Below are positions 1 through 7,613 of a DNA stretch of 26,663 bases, in pieces; positions within the stretch are counted from its first letter, which is position 1, and the number at the start of each line of letters is the position of its first letter. A program made the translations under genes and the position numbers. The stretch lies in the IMG/VR virus record IMGVR_UViG_3300046007_003047, positions 1 through 26,663 of that record; one strand, 5' to 3'. The notes beneath the pieces are model-generated. The model saw only the letters and a program-made list of their open reading frames with translations. It ran no database searches and was not told the origin of the DNA. The stretch comes from a virus. Its lineage: Duplodnaviria; Caudoviricetes.

Positions 1-887
1 AAATCGGTCACATACTCAACCCAATCCTCGCCAGTATCATGTATCGGCAACTTCACGAGGTCAGGAATATAGATATGATCGCCGCAACCCGTGTATTGCT
101 CGATCTCGTCCAGCGTTTTCTTGTGCCTGGCGCATGACCAGCTCCCATCTTTTTCTGCGGTGGAAAATGCGCAAGTGCGGCAATTCAATTCTGGCATTTG
201 GTCACCGTGGCAGATTGAATGATATGAGCAAAACTTGCACTCGAACCAAGCCGGATCATTATTCAGTTTCAATGGCGGCTTATTGGCAAAGATAACCTTG
301 TCGGCTTTTGCGAGCAGTCCCTCCGCATATGCCTTGTCGGGGCGAATCCGTTCCGCATAAATCTCATCGTTATTCTTATTGACCGCAATGAACAGGCATC
401 GTTCCATCCCGCTCAAATGCAAGCCGATCTGGCACTGCGCCCAATAGACCGGCTTCGCCTTTTCAAGGCCAAGATTGGTCAAGGTCTTGAAGTTCTTTTC
501 ATTCATGGTCTTTACTTCAAGCGTGTGAGGCTTTGTGCTTTCCGGCAATCCTTCAAGCACACCGTCGAGGCTCAAGGCAAAATGCCCACCGTGTGCCGCA
601 AAGCGCGGCTGCATTCCAGTCTCAGGGTCTCGCTCCCAGACTGTGCAACCGGCAGCGCGAAGGTTCTGGATCACTCGCACTTCTTCGCGGTCGCCAGTCT
701 CAAATAATCGCAAGATTCGGCCTTCGTGCAATTCTCGCCATGTCCATCGAAACTGATACCACAAAGACCTGGAGCAGGAATTACCGATCTGGCTTCCTCC
801 AAGATGCGGCCTATGAGGTTGCTTGCGGCGGTCTTCATAGGATTTATAGATCGCCTTGACGATTGCCGGTGTCATGTCGAGTTTCAT
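1..887 (-). CDS. Cas4-like PD-(D/E)XK exonuclease (phage solo Cas4 family), 3' end truncated by window edge
   Basis: Not in the ORF track because it runs off the edge. Manual translation from ATG at 887 gives MKLDMTPAIVKAIYKSYEDRRKQPHRPHLGGSQIGNSCSRSLWYQFRW...SLDG...EVKT...YWAQCQ...CKFCSYHSIC...CRTC. This shows nuclease motifs DG/ExK/QxQ and split Cys ligands. SD GGAGG lies upstream, with a TAA-ATG junction to the preceding gene. Confidence 0.88.
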   Translation of the reverse strand, partial: MKLDMTPAIVKAIYKSYEDRRKQPHRPHLGGSQIGNSCSRSLWYQFRWTWRELHEGRILRLFETGDREEVRVIQNLRAAGCTVWERDPETGMQPRFAAHGGHFALSLDGVLEGLPESTKPHTLEVKTMNEKNFKTLTNLGLEKAKPVYWAQCQIGLHLSGMERCLFIAVNKNNDEIYAERIRPDKAYAEGLLAKADKVIFANKPPLKLNNDPAWFECKFCSYHSICHGDQMPELNCRTCAFSTAEKDGSWSCARHKKTLDEIEQYTGCGDHIYIPDLVKLPIHDTGEDWVEYVTD

Positions 888-1322
888 TTATTCCTCCAGC
901 ACATCCATTATAAGTTGTTTATGATAGCCGGTCTCCAACTTGATGCGAGCGTAATCCCAGCCAGCTGCTTTCATGCGGCGAATCTCTTCTATCTTGATGG
1001 CCGATTTTTTCTTGAATGCTTCAAGTGATCGACGCCGCTTCATGCGCTTCACATAATCAGTCAATGTCGATACCGGAGCCTGGAATATATCAGCGATCAT
1101 CGGCCATGACATTTTATCTTCTCGCATCTCCAGAATCAGATCATAACTTTCATCTGACCATTTGATCGAGCTTTCCGATTTCACAACAGCCGCAAATGGT
1201 GCGTTGTTTTTGAATGATGGCACCCAATCGTTTTCAACGAATTTACGGTGTATTTTCCCTTCCTGATCAAAAAACCAGAAATTGCCATCCAGTGCTTGCT
1301 TGATTTTTGCTTCTGTCCACAT
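888..1322 (-). CDS. hypothetical protein with two HTH-like segments
   Basis: 144-aa ORF with SD-like GAGGG. Segments WSDESYDLILEMREDKMSWPMIADIF and EIRRMKAAGWDYARIKLETGY look like helix-turn-helix units. Confidence 0.7.
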   Translation of the reverse strand: MWTEAKIKQALDGNFWFFDQEGKIHRKFVENDWVPSFKNNAPFAAVVKSESSIKWSDESYDLILEMREDKMSWPMIADIFQAPVSTLTDYVKRMKRRRSLEAFKKKSAIKIEEIRRMKAAGWDYARIKLETGYHKQLIMDVLEE

Positions 1323-1335
1323 GGTTCCCTCGTTG

Positions 1336-1367
1336 AAAAATAAGGGGCGAGCCTAAACCCGCCCCCT
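1336..1367 (-). terminator. intrinsic terminator after the SSB-like gene
   Basis: Minus strand reads GGGGCGGGT-TTAG-GCTCGCCCC followed by TTATTTTT. Confidence 0.7.
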
Positions 1368-1375
1368 CGTTTATA

Positions 1376-1825
1376 TTACCGCTTCCAAGGTGGGACTGTT
1401 GCGCTTGCTTGCGGTGGCGCGGCTGCGGCTGCACTTTCGCAGGGTTCATATCCGCTTACCCTGTTCTGTGCTCCGTATTGTTCGGTGTTCTCGACCTTCA
1501 CCGTCACCATCAATGGCTTGTTGTGAAGGTCGCTCGATTCCTGGGGCAGCATCACACCAACCGACCGGCAGATCGCAGAGAGTGTGCGTTCTGCGATCTC
1601 CATCGCGGTCTTGCTTGGATTGTTGATGTTGAGCTGGTCAAACACCATAGCCCCCTGATGCGGCCCCTCGATCACCTGCAGCGTCAGTTTCAGCATCGAG
1701 CCGGTCATGGCCTTGTTAGGTTTCTCCTCGCTTGCAGTGATGACTGCCTTATACTTGCCCGCGGGGAGCGTTGTACGTGGTGCTGACGGCTCGATAGCAG
1801 CAGCGTTAAATCCAGAAAGTTTCAT
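1376..1825 (-). CDS. DUF669-family phage single-stranded DNA-binding protein
   Basis: Start moved to ATG 1825 (SD AGGAG): MKLSGFNAAAIEPS...LPAGKYKAVITASEEK...GSMLKLTLQVIEGPHQG..., with an Ala/Pro-rich tail ending PPWKR. It sits next to the Sak4-like ATPase. Confidence 0.85.
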   Translation of the reverse strand: MKLSGFNAAAIEPSAPRTTLPAGKYKAVITASEEKPNKAMTGSMLKLTLQVIEGPHQGAMVFDQLNINNPSKTAMEIAERTLSAICRSVGVMLPQESSDLHNKPLMVTVKVENTEQYGAQNRVSGYEPCESAAAAAPPQASATVPPWKR

Positions 1826-1841
1826 GTCAGTTCTCCTGTTG

Positions 1842-2597
1842 TTATTTGGAAACGAATGCTTCGAACGGGTTGCCACCGTCGAAGGTAAATGCAATGGGTT
1901 TGTCAATGCCGAAGCGGTTTTTTGTGACGGATGCAGCTTGCGGGTGACAGATTATCTCCCGCTCGCCGGTCGAGATCGCACGTTTCTTGTCGCCCGTCCC
2001 GCTGGTGTAGGTTTTAAGCCTGATCAGGCCGACCAGATCGCAATTGTCGGTATAGTGAGGAATCGACCGCTTGTGCATGCGAATCGTATACCGTGCATAG
2101 GGATCATAGTCTGGCAAGTCCAAGGTCTCCGTATCGGCGTGACCGATGAAGACGATGTTCATGCCTTTGTCATAGGCCAAGGCACCCGCCCATTCACGGA
2201 TCAATCGGTGACGTTCGGCAGCGGTATTGTATCCCGCCCCGTAGCCACCACCGGCTTGATTGATGCTCTTTGCCTTTGCATCAGCGGCGACGATCTCGGA
2301 TTCGATCATCGTCGCAAGTTGTGTGATGGAATCAACCACGAGCGTCTTGAAGTCGTGCTTCTGAGTTGCCAGCGCCTCGATGGCTTCAAGCACGTCTTGG
2401 CTCTTCGTCGCCAGAGGAAACAACGATACATCGTCATTGCCAACCAAGCTGGTCGTGCCGTCCTCCGTGCGGATGAACACCGGCTTCGGCATCATTGCAG
2501 CCAGCGTGGTTTTGCCCATGCCGCCTTCGCCGAACAGCGTCATGATGACAGGCCGCTGGCCTTGTGGCTTGGACAAATTCTTCAGATCAATCGCCAT
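1842..2597 (-). CDS. AAA_24 / Sak4-like phage recombination ATPase
   Basis: Walker A GEGGMGKT, Walker B LVVDS, GGGYGAGY motif and C-terminal KNRFG. Confidence 0.88.
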   Translation of the reverse strand: MAIDLKNLSKPQGQRPVIMTLFGEGGMGKTTLAAMMPKPVFIRTEDGTTSLVGNDDVSLFPLATKSQDVLEAIEALATQKHDFKTLVVDSITQLATMIESEIVAADAKAKSINQAGGGYGAGYNTAAERHRLIREWAGALAYDKGMNIVFIGHADTETLDLPDYDPYARYTIRMHKRSIPHYTDNCDLVGLIRLKTYTSGTGDKKRAISTGEREIICHPQAASVTKNRFGIDKPIAFTFDGGNPFEAFVSK

Positions 2598-2772
2598 CTA
2601 CTTCCTCCATCGTTATGCGTGACATTTTAAGTTCGCGCATTGCCGAGCGAACATTTTCTTTTGCCAATCGCAAATAAATGTTGCGATTGTTTCGATCCTT
2701 GCTTGCCGCCGCGAGATTATCGCGAGCGTAAGTTAGGCTATCCATCGCTGCCTGCAGCGATACGCTGTTCAT
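2587..2772 (-). CDS. small hypothetical protein
   Basis: 61-aa ORF overlapping both neighbours, consistent with translational coupling (ATGA with the upstream gene). Confidence 0.6.
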   Translation of the reverse strand: MNSVSLQAAMDSLTYARDNLAAASKDRNNRNIYLRLAKENVRSAMRELKMSRITMEEVDGD

Positions 2773-3167
2773 GCTTCGGTCTCCCGCTGCGTGACCTCGA
2801 CGCTTATCTTCCCCGGCTTCACAATAAATGCCGGGGCGATCATCGCCCAGAGATCAGGCCGCTCCCTTGCGAGCCACTTGCAGCCCGATGGATCAGCTTC
2901 GGTGATGATCTTGATCGGCCAGAACTCCTGACCGATGCTAGTCTTGACGCCATCCCACTTCGTCACGTCGAGCTTCCGATAAATCGGCTGCGTGAGCGTG
3001 ACTTTGTAGTGATCCAGTTTGTGAGTTAGCGACCCTTCTGATTTGACTTCGAGGGCTTGGGTCAGCTGCTCCTCTATCTGGTGACGGGCCTTGATAGCTT
3101 CCGCCTCGCGGCGTTTGGCTTCTAACCACCCTCCGCATAGGGCTTCGACGTTACTGTTGATGTGCAT
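2769..3167 (-). CDS. hypothetical phage protein with N-terminal coiled coil; first gene of the leftward operon
   Basis: Start at ATG 3167 (MHINSNVEAL...) preceded by a strong SD AAGGAGG. Confidence 0.75.
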   Translation of the reverse strand: MHINSNVEALCGGWLEAKRREAEAIKARHQIEEQLTQALEVKSEGSLTHKLDHYKVTLTQPIYRKLDVTKWDGVKTSIGQEFWPIKIITEADPSGCKWLARERPDLWAMIAPAFIVKPGKISVEVTQRETEA

Positions 3168-3199
3168 CTCGCACCTCCTTCTCTTTCTCAACACGGTGA

Positions 3200-3250
3200 G
3201 CTATTGCAAAAAAATGAAACATTTGCAATAAGAAAATTGCAATCTATCCC
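3200..3250. promoter_or_regulatory. divergent promoter/operator region
   Basis: AT-rich gap between divergent genes. TTGCAA palindromes at 3204, 3223 and 3237; inverted repeat TATTGCAAA (3202-3210) / TTTGCAATA (3222-3230). Confidence 0.6.
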
Positions 3251-3278
3251 CAGACAGCCACAAGAAAGGGCTTTCACC

Positions 3279-3470
3279 ATGCTAACAATCGAGGAAATCG
3301 TTAATAAAATCAAAGACAAGCCGACAAGTGACATCGCCAGGGATACCGGTCTGTCCTACAACACTATCAAGAATCTGAAGTCCGGCCAGCGTGGTGCATA
3401 TTCTGGCACCATCGACCGTCTATCGAAATATCTGCGTGGAGAGCCGCTGGACAACGAAAAGGCGATCTGA
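3279..3470 (+). CDS. Cro-like XRE-family HTH protein
   Basis: 63 aa from ATG 3279: MLTIEEIVNKIKDKPTSDIARDTGLSYNTIKNLKSGQ...TIDRLSKYL, a typical short HTH. Confidence 0.8.
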   Translation: MLTIEEIVNKIKDKPTSDIARDTGLSYNTIKNLKSGQRGAYSGTIDRLSKYLRGEPLDNEKAI

Positions 3471-3484
3471 AGAAGGGGAATCAC

Positions 3485-5797
3485 GTGGATATTCTTGCGA
3501 GCGTTAAACACTACACGGAACTCGGCTGGGCTTTGGTGACGATCCCAGCCGGTTCCAAGGCTCCTACGAATTATAACTGGCAACAGCCGGAACGGGCATT
3601 GCGTCAGCCCGACGATGCCGTGCGCTATTACAAGGCGAACCCTACGCACAATGTCGGCCTTCTTCATTCCGCTTCCGGCACCTGTGCCATCGACATCGAC
3701 CATCTTGAGTGGAGCCGAGTTGCCTTCACTGCACTAGGTCTCGATCTAGATGCCATCCTTGCCAAAGCCCCGCGAATCGTAGGTCGCCCCGGTCGAGGCA
3801 AGGCTATTTTCCGCGCCCATCGCGATGATCTCAAGACGCATAAGATCGCGTGGCCGAACCCAGATGGCAAAGGCTCATCGGTGGTCTTCGAGTTTCGTGG
3901 CGGTCCAGTACAGGACGTTCTGCCGCCATCGCTTCATCCCGATACCATGCAATCCTACTACTGGGACGGCCCGTCCTACGTTGATCTGCCCATGCTGCCG
4001 GAGCCGTTGCAAATAATCTGGGACCAATGGGACCGGTTCCGGGGGCAATTCCTCGATGCTTGCCCGTGGAAACCCAAGCCCCAGCTCCAAGCCCCGCTGC
4101 GGAAACGTGTTCAATCCGAGGCCACCAGCGTCATCGATGCCTATAATGCCGCGCACTCGATGGCCCAGCTTTTGCCACAATACGGCTACCGGCAGACCGC
4201 CAAGGATCGGTTCCTGAGTCCGAATTCCAAATCAGGCATCGCTGGCGTGATCCTGTTCGAGGATGGCACGGCTTACAGCCACCACGGTTCCGATCCCTTC
4301 GATTCGGCCCATAGCTTCGATTGCTTCGATCTCTACACCCACTGCGAGCACGCCGGAAACGTGCGCGATGCGGTCAAGGCTGCGGCAGCATATCTGAACC
4401 TCAACACCGATCCGGCCTATTCCTATGGCCCCCAGGATGCCGAGCATATCGCCCACGGGGCAACTGTCGCGAATAACATCATCCCCAGCCGCCGCGTGGC
4501 CCCACCAGACAACCCGCTGGCCGCTATTCCCGAACATCTGCTCTCGATCCCCGGCATTCTACAGGATGTGGTGAACTATTACGAAACCACTGCCATCAAG
4601 ACGCAACCGCAGTTCGCAGTCCAGACCGCCATCGCGCTCGGCTCTGTTGCAATGGGGCGGCGCTGGACTACTTCCCAACGCAACTTCACCAGCCTGTACC
4701 TCCTCAACATCGGTGAAACCGGCTGCGGCAAGGAACACGCGAAGACGGTGATCGAGGCCATGCTCGATGCGGCCAATCTTGGCAACCTGATCGGCCCGTC
4801 AGGCTATACCAGCGCCAGCGGTGTCTTCTCGGCGCTTCTGTCTCGGCCAACGCACGTTGCCGTGATCGATGAACTTGGCCGCGCATTGAAGTCTGCCGCC
4901 AATCGAAACATGCAACACAAGGCCGATTCCTTGACTGCGATTATGGAGGCATTCGGCCGGCAAGACGGCGCTCTGAGGCCGCAGGGTTACGCCACGCTGG
5001 GTCTGACCAAGGAACAGCAGGAATCCTTCGAGAAGGTCATTCGCCGCCCATCCCTGACGCTACTGGGCATGTCCACGCCATCCGAATTCTACGGGGCGAT
5101 CTCCGGGGGCGATGTGGCTAGCGGTCTACTTAACCGCTTCCTGATCGTGAAGTCGGAGATCGGCGCACAGATGAGCCAGGAACGGCGCATGGTAGGAATC
5201 AGCGACCGCATCAAGGATTGGCTCCGTGAAGCAGCAACGGCCTATTCCAGTGAGGGGAACCTGTCAGGCACCGACAGCGCCGATCTGCCGCCGAATCCGG
5301 TGGTGGTGCAGTTCACCCGCGAAGCCCTAGACCTGTTACGGGATTACGAGGCCGAGCTGCTGGCCGCAATCAAGGCAGAGAACGAATCCGGCCTTGAGGC
5401 GATGCACAACCGCTCGCGCGAAATTGCAATGCGGATCAGCCTGATTGTCGCCCGATCTATGGGACAGACCGAAATCGGCCCGGACCCGATGCGCTGGGCT
5501 ATCGACTATGTGCGGTTCTACTCTGGCCGCACGATAGACATGTTCAAGGAGAACATGGCCGAGAGCGACCACCAGGCAGCGGTGAAGGCGTGCTTTGCCA
5601 AAATCCAGAAGGCGGGTCTGAAGGGCGTCACCGAGGCAGAGCTGGAGAAGCGGGTGAGGAAGTTCGCCGCCTTGGAGCCGATCCGTCAGAAGGCAGTCAT
5701 GGAGAAGCTGGCCTCGAACTACGGATGCGAGTGCCGTAACGTCAACGAAGGCAAGCGGGGCAGACCTCGCATGGCGTGGTTTGTTCCGGCTGCGTAA
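3485..5797 (+). CDS. bifunctional primase-polymerase fused to a DUF3987-type helicase/ATPase
   Basis: N-terminal Prim-Pol motifs (GWALVTIP..SKAP, NVGL, AIDID, VLPPSLHP). C-terminal P-loop GETGCGKE, Walker B VIDELG and SGLLNRFL. Confidence 0.88.
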   Translation: MDILASVKHYTELGWALVTIPAGSKAPTNYNWQQPERALRQPDDAVRYYKANPTHNVGLLHSASGTCAIDIDHLEWSRVAFTALGLDLDAILAKAPRIVGRPGRGKAIFRAHRDDLKTHKIAWPNPDGKGSSVVFEFRGGPVQDVLPPSLHPDTMQSYYWDGPSYVDLPMLPEPLQIIWDQWDRFRGQFLDACPWKPKPQLQAPLRKRVQSEATSVIDAYNAAHSMAQLLPQYGYRQTAKDRFLSPNSKSGIAGVILFEDGTAYSHHGSDPFDSAHSFDCFDLYTHCEHAGNVRDAVKAAAAYLNLNTDPAYSYGPQDAEHIAHGATVANNIIPSRRVAPPDNPLAAIPEHLLSIPGILQDVVNYYETTAIKTQPQFAVQTAIALGSVAMGRRWTTSQRNFTSLYLLNIGETGCGKEHAKTVIEAMLDAANLGNLIGPSGYTSASGVFSALLSRPTHVAVIDELGRALKSAANRNMQHKADSLTAIMEAFGRQDGALRPQGYATLGLTKEQQESFEKVIRRPSLTLLGMSTPSEFYGAISGGDVASGLLNRFLIVKSEIGAQMSQERRMVGISDRIKDWLREAATAYSSEGNLSGTDSADLPPNPVVVQFTREALDLLRDYEAELLAAIKAENESGLEAMHNRSREIAMRISLIVARSMGQTEIGPDPMRWAIDYVRFYSGRTIDMFKENMAESDHQAAVKACFAKIQKAGLKGVTEAELEKRVRKFAALEPIRQKAVMEKLASNYGCECRNVNEGKRGRPRMAWFVPAA

Positions 5798-6320
5798 CGA
5801 TTGCGCCGGAGTATTGACCTAGCGTCAACTAACCAAGCCTTTACCCATAACATTACCCTACGTAACCTAGACCCGTTTAGAAGGCCGTAGAATGGCCTTC
5901 TAGGCTAAGGGCCATCTCTATGCCTGACACTTAGACTTTGCCGCTGGCGGTGCGCCTGGCTTGATCCTTGGCCGGTGCTAAGGGGCAATCAGGCCATCCT
6001 AATGCGGTAGACCTATTATCGGCAGCATTTAATCAACGCCGCTTGTCCCCGAATTGAAGTCGAAGAAACCCTAGCAAACACTAGTGTTCTTATAAAGAGA
6101 GAGTAATATTATCTATTATTATATATATGACTACACTCTCTCTCATAGGTCTATGGCACCCCTTCCTTGGGAGACCCCCTCCCAGACCCCCTGAAATCGT
6201 ACCCATAAATGCCTTAATAGACCTTAGAACAGGCTAAATCATTGATAATAAAGGCTAATTTTGCCAAGAAATAAGGTTTTTGGCCTGAATTAAATATGGT
6301 TTTAATTCCAAAGGCCGATT
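5798..6320. other. non-coding putative replication origin region
   Basis: No credible ORF. AT-rich core 6105-6134 flanked by IR AGAGAGAGT/ACTCTCTCT; repeated AGACC motifs; IHF consensus match at 6236-6248 (minus strand TATCAATGATTTA); hairpins at 5878-5902 and 6282-6316. Lies directly downstream of the primase-helicase. Confidence 0.5.
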
Positions 6321-6321
6321 T

Positions 6322-6373
6322 TTGCAGATTCCTGCAACATTCCGCTTGCAACAATCTGCAAGATGTATAGGAT
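6322..6373 (+). promoter_or_regulatory. early promoter overlapped by two palindromic operators TTGCA-N6-TGCAA
   Basis: TTGCAgattccTGCAA at 6322-6337 and TTGCAacaatcTGCAA at 6346-6361. Candidate -35 TTGCAA (6346) and -10 TAGGAT (6368), 16-bp spacer. Confidence 0.55.
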
Positions 6374-6431
6374 CAGCTGCATAGAGAGAGGCGCGGCAAT
6401 CCCGCCAGCGCCCAAAGCCCCGGAGGGCCAC

Positions 6432-6608
6432 ATGCTTCTCGCTTCCGCTACTACCTACCGCATCCTCGCAGACCGCGCCGATGGCTCGGTTCTGGAATGC
6501 TTCACTTGGCGCAAGTCGCCCGAAGCTGGCATCGAACGCGCTAAGCGCGATGCCATCACATTCGGCCACGCCGATCTCACCAACTTCCGGGCCGAACAGG
6601 CCGCCTAA
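6432..6608 (+). CDS. small early hypothetical protein
   Basis: 58 aa from ATG 6432 with SD GGAGG. Confidence 0.7.
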   Translation: MLLASATTYRILADRADGSVLECFTWRKSPEAGIERAKRDAITFGHADLTNFRAEQAA

Positions 6609-6614
6609 CCAACA

Positions 6615-6632
6615 GAGGGGCTTCGGCCCCTC
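6615..6632 (+). other. cUUCGg-capped RNA hairpin without U-tract
   Basis: GAGGGGC-TTCG-GCCCCTC in the intergenic gap. Confidence 0.6.
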
Positions 6633-6659
6633 CCACCCATCCCCAAGGAGGAACCCCCA

Positions 6660-6860
6660 ATGACCACCCAACTTAATGACCCCGCCTACCGCACCCACCC
6701 CATTACATTCCACGCCAAGAATGGCAAGAATAGCTGGGCAGATGGAATCGCCCAATGCCTTATCGCCTCGCGCATCGAGGGCCATCCCCTCTCGCCCTAC
6801 GGAAAGCTCCTCAACGAGGTTTGTTTTGAGCGCATCCGCCGCGTCGATAAATGGTCGTGA
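6660..6860 (+). CDS. small early hypothetical protein
   Basis: 66 aa with SD AAGGAGG. Confidence 0.7.
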   Translation: MTTQLNDPAYRTHPITFHAKNGKNSWADGIAQCLIASRIEGHPLSPYGKLLNEVCFERIRRVDKWS

Positions 6861-6873
6861 GGGGGAACATCCA

Positions 6874-7104
6874 ATGACCACAACCTTCCAGATCGGCCAG
6901 ACCTACACCGCACGCTCCGCTTGCGACCACGAGTGCATCTTTGCTTGGACCGTCATCGCCCGCACGCCTAAGCAGATCACCCTCGAAGACAAGCACGGGC
7001 GCGTCTCCAAGCGCGGCATTTGCACCTACGATGGCGTAGAGGTCTGCTCACCGGATGGCCGCTATTCCATGTCTCCCTCGATCTACGCTAACCGCCCAGC
7101 CTAA
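6874..7104 (+). CDS. small beta-rich early hypothetical protein
   Basis: 76 aa from ATG 6874 (MTTTFQIGQTYTARSACDHECIFAWTVIARTPKQIT...) with SD GAGGGGG. Confidence 0.75.
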   Translation: MTTTFQIGQTYTARSACDHECIFAWTVIARTPKQITLEDKHGRVSKRGICTYDGVEVCSPDGRYSMSPSIYANRPA

Positions 7105-7116
7105 AGGAGCAATCCA

Positions 7117-7431
7117 ATGACCGACACAGAATTCATCCGCCTCGTAGCAACGGCTATCGAGACCGCCATTAGCCCCCACGCAGCAGCTCTTGGAGTCTAT
7201 GCGCTCTGCCGCACTAAGGCTACCGCCGAGGGAATGAAGCCCGACATCGAGTGCGCCATCAGCGCCCCAGGCGAAGACCGGCACCATGACCAGATCAATT
7301 GCTGGTCCGTCTGCTTCGAGGCTGGCCCATATGACTGGGCCGTCGATGCCAGCCTTAACGCTTTATCAGGGAAGGTTGTGGCAGAACCCTACTACGGATT
7401 CGATCTTTCCTTCTACGAGGTGCGCTCATGA
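7117..7431 (+). CDS. early hypothetical protein
   Basis: 104 aa with SD AAGGAG; C-terminal EAGPYDWA...AEPYYGFDLSFY. Confidence 0.75.
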   Translation: MTDTEFIRLVATAIETAISPHAAALGVYALCRTKATAEGMKPDIECAISAPGEDRHHDQINCWSVCFEAGPYDWAVDASLNALSGKVVAEPYYGFDLSFYEVRS

Positions 7432-7532
7432 TCCGCGATATAGCCTTTCTAGCCTTGCAGCTTGTCAAGGTCGCATTGCTTCTGGCCGCGGTCTACGGCC
7501 TCACATATGCCTTCTTGCTCGTGACGCCATGA
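7428..7532 (+). CDS. 34-aa single-pass membrane peptide
   Basis: Below the ORF-track cutoff. MIRDIAFLALQLVKVALLLAAVYGLTYAFLLVTP*, ATGA overlap with the upstream gene, SD GAGGTG. Confidence 0.6.
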   Translation: MIRDIAFLALQLVKVALLLAAVYGLTYAFLLVTP

Positions 7533-7543
7533 TGTGTTAGCCT
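7515..7543 (+). promoter_or_regulatory. candidate sigma70 promoter for the downstream sRNA
   Basis: TTGCTC (7515-7520), 17 bp, TAGCCT (7538-7543) with an extended -10 TG. Predicted +1 at about 7548-7550. Confidence 0.5.
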
Positions 7544-7547
7544 TCTC

Positions 7548-7613
7548 GCGTGGTTCTCCCGTTTTCCTCCCTGCCACGCAACTTAAGCCCTGCCCTTGTG
7601 GCGGGGCTTTTTT
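7548..7613 (+). ncRNA. candidate anti-Shine-Dalgarno small RNA (suhB/MmgR-like architecture)
   Basis: Stem GCGTGG/CCACGC enclosing the loop TTCTCCCGTTTTCCTCCCTG, then AACT, then a terminator hairpin and T-tract. Confidence 0.6.
7585..7613 (+). terminator. intrinsic terminator
   Basis: AAGCCCTGCC-CTTGT-GGCGGGGCTT followed by TTTT. Confidence 0.85.

Noticed and set aside
1-887. Cas4 as a sign of a CRISPR-Cas locus
   Set aside because: No other cas genes and no repeat-spacer array seen; the context is a phage recombination module.
1707-2630. 307-aa plus-strand ORF
   Set aside because: Antisense shadow of the well-supported Sak4-like ATPase; no SD or recognisable motifs.
5798-6010. Small ORFs in the post-primase gap
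   Set aside because: The ATG-started frames I checked on both strands close within about 12 codons.
6363-6431. Upstream ATG extending the first early gene
   Set aside because: It lies inside the predicted promoter; ATG 6432 has the SD.
6255-6881. 208-aa minus-strand ORF
   Set aside because: Antisense to small genes with strong SDs and runs through the promoter/operator region.
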